Shown here piece after piece: positions 14,201 to 23,744 of a stretch of DNA of 50,232 nucleotides (position 1 is the stretch's first letter; each line of letters starts with the position of its first letter). Source of the DNA: Chara braunii (lineage: Eukaryota; Plantae; Charophyceae); NCBI GenBank assembly GCA_003427395.1, contig BFEA01000004.1, forward strand, positions 5,654,297-5,704,528, in the 5' to 3' direction. The notes below the pieces were generated by a model. It saw only the letters and a program-made list of their open reading frames with translations, was not told where the DNA came from and ran no database searches. A program made the translations under genes and the position numbers.

Positions 14201-15816
14201 CCGCCTACACTTTGAATACATTTGGACATCATTTTTTTCGGATGCATTAAAAATCTTGGTCGATGACGAGTCATGCGATGATACCCTCAATGGAGAAATC
14301 ATCCACATGAACAAAACTATTCTAATGGAGTATGTTTGAGTTCTGATTTCATAGTGAATACATTCTTTTATCACATATCATAACAAAATGTGTCAACGTC
14401 TCAGGAAAAAAAAACATGTCAAGGGCTTAACGACATTGGAATGATTCTTTTCCAATAGAACGACATCATGATGGGCATTGGCCATACTATTCCTGATTTT
14501 TTCTTAGAAGACATGCTGACATCACACCTCTTAGAATGAAACGTAGTAATGTATAATTCATTGAACAAAAAAACTTACATATTTCATGGAGCAGTACATA
14601 AAAATTATTAGCATGGTCCCGTTGATGATAGAGATTGGGGGATCGCATGGTGGTTGTAAATCCGTTGAGGACGAAAACTAGAGTTACTGGGAGATGCTAA
14701 TAAAATGCCTAAACATTCAGTTGATGATAGAGGTATGTGGAGCGGAGTTAATGATGATAAGGTATCGATCCCTCTAGAAAACCAGGAAAAACTAGGGTTC
14801 GCCTATGAGACTTGTAGTGGCATGCTTACCCCTAGCGCCCGGAGTGCCCAGAACGACGTGGTTTTTTCAATAGTGCTTCAATTAGGGTTGGGTAGGGAGG
14901 TGAGAACCTGCTTAGCGTTGCTGCCTATAACTATTGTCTAGTCAAAAGATCACTAGAATGGGTGATGATCCTGGGTACACTCACGTAAAACCATGGGAGT
15001 AGGAATGTGTTGGGGATCGTGATGATAACTAAATATGGGAAAGTGTCTCATACGAGACCGGTTAGACAAGACAACAGAATGATCAAACGGTCAGGTGTTG
15101 GCAGACCTGTCGTATGCTTAATAGTCAGCCTCTACAACAATTTGGACTTTAGAAAAAAAAAACAATAAAACATAAAAAATACCCTCGCCCCTGCATAGAA
15201 AAGATAAGCATGACCCTTGCACAGGGATAACAAGACAGGTGTGGAAGAAGAGATGTTCCGCCATAAGGAGAAGAAAAAAAAACAAATAAAATCTTTTCTT
15301 TCACCAATGATTGAACGCTGAAAGAGGTGAGTCTGTCTAGGTACACGATCCGAAGACATGGGAGAGATAAGCAAACTCATGGTTCACATAAAGATATTCA
15401 AAGGCATACTTGGCTTCACTATCCCAAAAACTAGTACATTTTTATATTGGACAGGAGACAATTTGAAGGAAGTGTTAACTGACAGGCACAAGATCGACAC
15501 ATCTCTTAAGGACCTTATTCTAGCAAGTTTGAGGAACACTCTACAAGCCCGTCAATAATGAAAGACGAGTCGTCACCTCATGAAGACAACACATACTTAC
15601 AAAGTGTCAATTTTAAAAAAAAAAACAAGAACAACAATAATTCTAGCTCCGTAATAGTCCATCAATCCGATTCTTATTCCACCGGCAAGTCAAAAGAGTC
15701 ACAACGTGTACTCACTCTACGCTCCTACCCATTATCATTGGGAGGCCCGAGTGAACGACATTGATTACTTCCCTTAGGGAGGATATGTCACCCCTCACCC
15801 CTGCGTAATCGGCCCT

Positions 15817-17815
15817 TTTTTTATTTATTAATGACCCTTGTGCAAGGCCTCTATCCTGGCGGGCCGCTCCATTTATTGGTGGGGAGCAACACTTGCTGGA
15901 AACCGGCTCCAACGTCCCTTAAATACATCTTTGCAAAACAATACATCTTGAAAGTGACGCCATTGTGCTAGAAACCGGGTCCAGTGTCCCATATCCAATC
16001 TACTCTGCCATACCTATCCTGCAGCAGGGTCGGGTATTGGGGGGAGAAACACCGGGGGGCACCAGTGGAGTCTTCCTCCCTCCCCTAGCCTCTGCCATCC
16101 ACCTACTATCCTCATGGCACCTATTGTGTCTTTGAACTCTGCAGTAGCATGTGTTTTGAAAAAAGTTGAAGCAACAGAAAAAGGTTGAAATGAGCTGCAC
16201 CGAAGTCAGCTGAAATCAACTGACATTTGACTGACATTGACTGGAGTATACTGAATCTGTTGGAAACCGGGTCCAACGTCCCTTAAATACTACATTATAA
16301 ACAGTCATCTTTTGAAGTGACGCGTGCTGGAACCCGGGTCCAGCGTATTGTATCCAAATGCTAAACAATAGGGGTCCCTATGCTGAGCTGGAACCGGGCC
16401 CAACTTCACTTGGTTATCGGAATGAATGAGCAGAAGTCAACAGAAACTAAGGATAGCAGAGGAGCTGAGCAGAAAAGAGGCCTGAGATAGCCTAACGTGG
16501 GGTCATGAAGGCGGTAATCTTTCTTCCAAGGACAGTGGGGGGGGGGGGGAAGGGATCTACAAAATCCTGTGCAGCACGTAGCGGGCTGCCGGGATCTATC
16601 TTAGTCCAGTCATGGAAAATCAGCTGGTAGTCTCCTACCATCTCCGTCCGGGGTTCCTCCTGTGGGTCTCTTTCAGGCCGACAGTCCCCGGTCCATTTTA
16701 CCTCAGCCACCCATCCCTTCCTTTCCCCTCCCAGCCAGTCCTTGCTAAAACCGGAAATAATCTTGTTCATATCCCTCCAGGTATGCATCTGGTCCAGCTT
16801 GTTTTTGGCCGCCTTCCATCGGGTCGCAATCTCGTGTTGAACCAATGTTCGTATTTGTTCATTACTTCTTCGTCTTCCACCTGCACCCCTTCTACCTCCG
16901 GGATACATCTCTTCCACCATATGGCCCATAGGACGCTCCGTCTTCCCAGGTTAAACATATTTTCCTCAAATTTATTTCCCTGGATTTTAGGGCAGTACCC
17001 TAAGAGTATGGCCCGCCAATCCCATGGCCACACAGCACCAGGAACAATGTGCCGCCAAATCCTATCCCAACTTCTCCACAACAGCATTGTCAAGGGACAT
17101 TGAAAAAAAATATGCTCTATGGTCTTAGCCCGCTTTCGTCCAGTGTAGCTGTGGGGACATTTGTGGCACCATGGTAGTGCTTTCCCTTGTTGTTCCAGGC
17201 GAGTGTGGTCTATCAGCCAGTCATTGGTTGGTAGACATCGGTGTTCTAATAGCCATTGGAGGGCAGATATTTTGGCAGGTCTATTGCTGTAATGTGCGAA
17301 CCATCGGATGGGTTTAAGCAAGTTGCGGTCTACATTGAGATGACGATACCATCTGTCTACAACGCGGTCCCGTAGTCTGCATTTAGGTCTTCGCATTTGG
17401 TAGGCTGATTTGAATTTTAGGTTGAATAATGTCAACTTGTTCGCTGGTCCGGGCATCTAGGGACCATCACCACTCATCGAGGTCCAGGGGGAAGTCCTCG
17501 ATCGGGATCATTGGGTGATACACCCTCTGGCGACCTTCTTCATCAATGACCCTAACACGATAGACGTCTTTCTGCTCCTTCCATATGAAGGGTTGTTGGT
17601 TCCACCGTAATTCTTCACCCTTAAGGATGGAGAAGACTTCGATTAGAACGTGTGTTTGGTCGGCAACGTGCATATGCCCTACCTCCTTGTCGTGGTCGGG
17701 CAGCCTCACCCAATCTCCTTCCTTTACGTGGGGGCCCTTTCGTAAGGTAGTGTACCATTAAAGGGGGAAGTTGTCGATGAGATCGTGCAATGTCGTGTCA
17801 GTAAAATGGTAGTAC
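15817..17815 (-). mobile_element. 5'-truncated LINE (L1-type) insertion with poly(A) tail and TSD
   Basis: TSD CGTAATCGGCCCT (15804-15816) / CGTAATCGACCCT (17816-17828); A-rich tail on the minus strand at ~15817-15830; single empty site at 25019-25031 in the duplicate; encodes a zf-RVT domain. Confidence 0.92.
16767..17709 (-). pseudogene. LINE ORF2 C-terminus with zf-RVT zinc-binding domain (stop and frameshift near 17460)
   Basis: WLLEHRCLPTNDWL...WCHKCPH...KTIEHIFFQCP...LW...LLG...WAIW matches the zf-RVT pattern of plant L1 ORF2. Confidence 0.88.
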
Positions 17816-19027
17816 CGTAATCGACCCTATATGACTTATTCTTGAACTTTACCCACTCGGGGGTCTTTGCTCCTAAGTGGTCCCATGCCCGGACTGCTAA
17901 ACACTCTCGTACTTGCTCCTCTTGGTTACTAGGCCGTCAGATATGCTTGGATAATTAGAGCAGTACGGTGCTTTTTATTAGAGCCCTGGTTTGACTGTGG
18001 ACTGTAACCCTTCTTGGTAGAATCTGCTTAAACCCTAATCCCTTGGAGGTCAACTCCCTTACTCCCGAATTCAGAGCTTGGTTTCTTTCATTACTAATGT
18101 TGGACCATATTTCCTATCTGTTTGTATCTCTTACCTTGCTACGTAAAATAGGGGGCATTGTAGTTGCTCTCGTACTTCTTCATTTCGCTTCTTATAAGGG
18201 TATAAGAATTACCAAACTAAAGCCTATACATATACCGACGAGGTGGGCCCTACTCCGAAGGAGTCCTGAAATTTAGGGCTGGATGAGTCTATTGTGTCTC
18301 CATTGATAAAAATGGATTGTGTCATGGACTGTTGTTGCTATTTTCTCAATCTCTTCCGACACCCTTTATACTATATCACTATTTGTTGAAAAACTTCGTA
18401 TGCCTTATGAATAGACATTGTGGTCCGGGTCATCCATACACAACATCTCCAGTCTGAATGTGTGAAAGAATGTTGTCTCAAAGTGTTGCAAGGAGGGGGA
18501 CATGTGTAGGCCTAGCAAGAGTAGCGCCTGGTCAGTAAGGAGAGATGTCCCCGTGATTGAGTGTCGTAGCTCAATCGCATTAGACAAAAGTTGTTTTGCC
18601 TTTTGGCAAGATAGTAGGTAATAACTCACATCCTTCATCCAACCCTTCTAGCGAATTGCACACAACTCTCACAGGGAGAACATGATTATGTGTTGTGTCT
18701 CTTTTAACCATTTGTGACCTAGTAGGTTAAGCGAGTCAGTAACCATTAAAGTAATGACATAAGTTTTGCTCCAGACCGTGATGTAGGTGCGATTGGTTGG
18801 CTAATTGAGTCGAGATTTTTATCTGTGATTAATAATTTGAGCCATAGGGTGTTATCTTGTTATCAATGTGTATCCTAGTTTGGTGATGTATCAAAAAATG
18901 TTAGTACGTTTCTCTATTTTTAACCTTCATGTTCGCAACTTCCTTATCCATTCAACAAGATCTTGTTTTAGGTTTGTTACGTTAGTTAGTGGGTTGTTCG
19001 TAAGAATTGTCTGTCTGATTTCGAACT

Positions 19028-21325
19028 GGTAGTAGGCAGCTCGAGTGAGGGTCGCCCTATTACTTATTTGATCTAAGTCTGATAAGTTTCAAAAGTAGTA
19101 GAGTACCTAAGTGAGGGTCGCTCCAGTACTTGTTCAAAACTAAGACGACTAAGTGTTGACGGGTGGTGGAGTGCTCCAGTGTGAGTTACCATACTATTTG
19201 TTTGAACTTATGGTTTGCCTGGTACTGGAAGAATATGCGTCTAAATATATATACTGATAATCTTATGGTAGGTGGATAGTGGAATGTCTCCAATATGAGT
19301 CATTTTACTTCTCGCCTACATGCTAACCGGTAATAGGAGGCTCTAGAGTGTGTCGCTCTATTACTTGTTTGACCCTAGTTTGATTGACATTTAAGGAGGG
19401 TGAAAATCATGAGAATTGATAGACAGTGAAATATTCAAGTGAAATATTCAAGTGTGAGCTATCTAATTTCTTGCTTGTATATGCTTGACCCGTATATATG
19501 TATGTCATATCTGATTGTAAACCGATTACGTACAAATTGCTTGTCCAACATCGAAGAAATAGTATGATACTCCAGTGTGGGTCTCCTAAGTGAGGATCGC
19601 TCCAGTAGTTGTTCAAAACTAAGACGACTAAGTGTTGAGGGGTGGTGGAGTGCTCCAGTGTGAGATACCATACTATTTGTTTGAACTTGTGGTTTGTCTG
19701 ATACTGGAAGAGTGATAGGATGCTCTAGTGAGGGTTATCCTACTACTCGTGTGACGTAAAGTTATATGTACATTCTGTGGTATTCGGCCAGAGGGATAAG
19801 TACTTTAGTGTGAGTCATTATACCACTTGTCTCTATGCAAATCGTTTGCACATATGCATCTAAATATATATACTGATAATCTTATGGTAGGTGGATAGCG
19901 GAATGTCTCCAGTATGAGTCATTTTACTGCTCGCCTACATGCTAACCGGTAATAGGAGGCTCCAGAGTGTGTCGCTCTATTACTTGTTTGACCCTAGTTT
20001 AATTGACATTTAAGGAGGGTGAAAATCGTGAGAATTGACAGACAGTGAAATATTCAAGTGCGAGCTATCTTATTTCTTGCTTGTATATGCTTGACCCTTA
20101 TATATGTATGTCATATCTTATTGTAAACTAATTACGTAGAAACTGCTTGTCCAACATCGAACATGTAGTATGATACTCCAGTGTGGGTCACCTAAGTGAG
20201 GGTCGCTCCAGTACTTCTTCAAAACTAAGACGACTAAGTATTGAGGGGTGGTGGAGTTCTCCAGTGTGAGTTACCATACTATTTGTTTGAACTTGTGGTT
20301 TGCCTGGTACTGGAAGAGGGATGCTCCAGTGAGGGTTATCCTACTACTCGTGTGACATAAAGTTATATGTACATTCTGTGGTATTCGGCCAGAGGGATAA
20401 GGACTTTAGTGTGAGTCATTATACCACTTGTCTCTATGCAAATCGTTTGCACATATGCGTCTAAATATATATACTGATAATCTTATGGTAGGTGGATAGC
20501 GGAATGTCTCCAGTATGAGTCATTTTACTGCTCGCCTACATGCTAACTGGTAATAGGAGGCTCCAGAGTGTGTCGCTCTATTACTTGTTTGACCCTAGTT
20601 TGATTGACATTTAAGGAGGGTGAAAATCGTGAGAATTGATAGACAATGAAATATTCAAGTGCGAGCTATCTTATTTATTGCTTGTATATGCTTGACTCGT
20701 ATATATATGTGTCATATCTGATTGTAAACTGATTACGTACAAACTGCTTGTCCAACATCGAACAGGTAGTATGATACTCCAGTGTGGGTCATCCTATTAC
20801 TTGTTTAAGTCGGACTGGGCTATATTCAAGAGATAGTAGGTCACTCTAGTGAGGGTCAACTTATTATCCGCTTGAATCTAAACTAATTGACAGTGAAAAG
20901 GTGGTGGAATACTCTTATGTGAGTCATCATACTGCTTGTTGTCTGCTTGCTTACATGCCATCTGCTCGAGCAGGTAATAGGATACTCTAGTGAGGGTCAT
21001 TCAACTATTTGTTTGAAGTTAGTCTGCGAAATACTCGGACGGGTCAAGAATAGTCCAGTGAGAGTCATCCTATTACTTACTTAAAGATTAATTTGCACAA
21101 TATTCAAAAGGTAGTAGGTGGCTCCATTGAGGGTCATCTTATTACTTGTTTGAAGTTAGACTGCACAATATTCAAAAGGTAGTAGGGGACTCCAGTGAGA
21201 GTTATCCTATTACGAAGTTGAATTCTACATTAACCTATGCTAAAATGAAATGTGATGTGGTTTGTTTGTTGCACGTTAAGCGGATACTGGGTTGCTCCAA
21301 TGTGAGTTATCCTACTACATGTCTG
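19028..21325. repeat. ~68-bp satellite with palindromic core and ~600-bp higher-order repeat
   Basis: Core consensus GGTAGTAGGATACTC-CAGTGT-GAGTCATCCTATTACTT at 19028, 19094, 19162 ... 20765, 20832, 20900, 20973, 21041, 21110, 21178. HOR anchor TATGCGTCTAAATATATATACTGATAATC at ~19234, 19854, 20454. Resumes at ~23393-23500. Confidence 0.9.
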
Positions 21326-21411
21326 AAATATATATATATATAAAAAATATATATATATATGTATATATAATATATATATCCTACTACGTGTCTGAAATAT
21401 ATATATATATA

Positions 21412-22171
21412 CAGGATTACTTGACCGAACGTTCGGGGGCCCCCGGGCTGGCCCCCGAACATTCGGGCGTTCAGGGTCCCGTTCGAGGGCCGAACGCCTC
21501 CAGGTTCGGCCCCCGCCAAATTTTGTTTCGGGGCCTAAAAATACGTTTTTTTTTTTTCGACTGTTTTTTTGTGAGTTCTTTATGATGTAACCTACACACC
21601 TATACATTTTGAAGTCATTCTGCTAAGCCAAAAATATATTAAAAATCGTCCAAGATGGGGGTGTCAAAACATGCTCGCCCACTCACTATTTTGTTTTCGT
21701 TTCACTTTTAACTTTTTGTTTTCACTTTATTTCGGGGCCTAAACAATTTTATTATTTTTTTAAAAAATTTAAATGAGCTATTGATTATGTAAGCGACATA
21801 TCTATAAATTTTCAGGGTATTTTTCATTGCCAAAAAATAATAAAAAATCGGCAAAGATGGCGGTGTCGAAAAGGTGCTGGCACACTCACTCATTTTAATT
21901 TTGTTTCTATTTTTTCTTATTTTTATCATAGTGTTTATTTTTTGTATTTGATTTTTAATTCAAATTTGGTAAAGAATTTGGATGTAGTGCCCAGGCAAAT
22001 GTTGTTTAGTTTATTTTTCTCCATAACATATGTGTTTTTCGGAATTTGTTGAAAATGTTTTTTTTTTTTTTTTTTTTTTTTTTCAGTCCGCGTTCGGCGC
22101 AAACGGCCGAACGCCTTCCGAAGGGGTCCCGTACGTTCGGGCGTTCGACCCGTCCCGAGCGCCGACAACCT

Positions 22172-22173
<2 letters not shown>
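21412..22173 (+). mobile_element. (TA)n-flanked non-autonomous element, copy A
   Basis: Bounded by TA runs; GC-rich ends full of CCGAACG/CGTTCGG motifs; AT-rich core with a ~200-bp internal duplication; inverted paralog at 22329-23198. Confidence 0.75.
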
Positions 22174-22210
<37 letters not shown>

Positions 22211-22215
<5 letters not shown>

Positions 22216-22313
22216 TCGGTGAAACTCCGACGAAACAGTTTGTCACAGCCCCTCGTTTGTTGTCCTCTTCTCTCTCTCTGCCTACGGTTTACCAGGCAGT
22301 TCTGTTTGTGACG
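22211..22313 (+). ncRNA. Hammerhead-core repeat unit H1 (5'-truncated; lacks CUG)
   Basis: ATGA-GTCGG-TGAAACT-CCGAC-GAAAC: perfect 5-bp stem II followed by GAAA; near-identical to the unit at 23207-23314. Confidence 0.55.
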
Positions 22314-22328
22314 ATATATATATATATA

Positions 22329-23198
22329 GGGTAACAGGTGTTCGAGATGGACCGAACGCCCGAACCCAAACGCCCGAACGTATGAGACCCCTTGGGGATG
22401 CGTTCGGCCGTTTCGGCCGAATGCGGACAAAAAAAAAAAAAAAAAAAAAAAACAATCTATAAAACAAAAAATTATGAAGAAAAACAATTTAAACAAGATT
22501 TGCCCGAGCATTACATCCGAATTCGTTACCAAATCTGAAATAAAAATAAAATACGGAGAACAAATACTAATAATAAAAAAAATAAAAAATAAAAAGAGAA
22601 TTAAATTTAGTGAGTGCGCGAGCAAGTTTTCGCCACTGCCATCTTTGGCGATTTTTTTTTTTTTTTTTTTTTTTTATAGCTAAATGACATGAAAATTCAC
22701 AGATGTGTACGTCACATAATACAAAACCTACTAAAAAAGTTTAAAAAAATAATAAAAATATTTAGACCCTGACTTAAAGAGAAAACAAAAAGTAAAAAGT
22801 GAAAATCTTGTTCAATCCATAAACACGTGCAATTCCATCTCCTACCGAAACCACTCGACCGATTTCATCCACTTGTAATTTAGTGTAATAATTTGTAATT
22901 CTTTGTTCTAATAAAGTAGATAGTTCCGAAAAATGTGGGCGAGCACGTTTTGACACCGCCATCTTTAACGATTTTTAATTCTTATTGGGTTGAGCCAAAT
23001 GACGTCAAAATTCACACGCATGTACCTCATGTCATAGAAAACTCAAAAAAACCAATTCAGAAAAAAAAAAAATTTAGATTCTGGAATAAGTTTTGGCGGG
23101 GGCCGAACGCCATCGGGTTCGGACCCCGTACGGGACCCTGAATGCCCGTACGTACGGAGGTCGGCCCGGGGACCTCCGTACGTATGGGCTGGTGATCC
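22329..23198 (-). mobile_element. (TA)n-flanked non-autonomous element, copy B (inverted relative to A; carries NUMT)
   Basis: Reverse complement aligns with copy A along its length; flanked by TA runs. Confidence 0.75.
22804..22928 (-). pseudogene. atp1: NUMT: 5' fragment of mitochondrial ATP synthase subunit alpha
   Basis: Translates ELSTLLEQRITNYYTKLQVDEIGRVVSVGDGIARVYGLNKI, the N-terminus of plant mitochondrial Atp1. AT-rich codons, no native start and no continuation; absent from paralogous copy A. Confidence 0.93.
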
Positions 23199-23206
23199 TA
23201 TATATA

Positions 23207-23314
23207 GCCTCCTGATGAGTCGGTGAAACTCGGACGAAACAGTTTGTCACAGCCCCTCGTTTGTTGTCCTCTTCTCCCTCTCTGCCTACGATTTACCGGG
23301 CAGTTCTATTTGAC
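23207..23314 (+). ncRNA. Hammerhead-core repeat unit H2
   Basis: CTGATGA (23212-23218), GTCGGTGAAACTCGGAC, GAAA (23236-23239), C. Both conserved core boxes flank a stem II; no stem I partner seen. Confidence 0.65.
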
Positions 23315-23744
23315 GATATATATATATATATATTATTTGTCTGTCGTTATCCCACCGCTATGTATAATATGTGGATTGAATAGTGTTAACAAGGTAGTTG
23401 GATACTCCAGTGTGAGTTATCGTATTACTTGTTTTGACTTGGATTGTCCTGTATTGAATAAGTGGTAGACGACGCCTGTACAAGTTAATTTACTACTTGC
23501 TTATGCCAAAACTATAAAGAATCGAGAGAGTAATAAATAAATACTTCATTATAAACCTTTCTTAACTTGCCTTAGGATAGGCTGACCAGTGTCGCGCGCA
23601 TCGGTCCAGCACCGCACTAACGGGGCGGGACCCTCCAGGCCGCGTCACTCAGGAGTTGATCTGGTCCTCGTTGCCATACACATGGAGCTTCTGCAAGCCG
23701 TTCCAGCTGAGTGCGCCAACCATACCTCTCGCAAGCCCCTACGA

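Larger units (their letters stand above)
14520..18997. repeat. Segmental duplicate, copy 1 (old-LINE 3' end plus flank), interrupted by a younger LINE
   Basis: 14520-15816 aligns by eye with 23745-25031, and 17828-18997 with 25031-26248; collinear and moderately diverged. Confidence 0.9.

Noticed and set aside
11300-14500. Possible decayed TE or gene sequence
   Set aside because: No diagnostic protein motif, termini or repeat partner could be recognised by eye; left unannotated.
20765-20802. Iron-responsive element (CAGUGN loop on a stem)
   Set aside because: Lacks the 5'-side bulged C five pairs below the loop, is not in an mRNA UTR, and IRE/IRP control is characterised mainly in animals.
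19028-21325. CRISPR array
   Set aside because: Repeats are too degenerate, linkers are homologous to each other and duplicated in a higher-order repeat, there are no cas genes, and the context is eukaryotic.
22774-22962. Functional atp1/atpA gene
   Set aside because: Only ~41 codons are homologous; the flanking residues come from the transposon.
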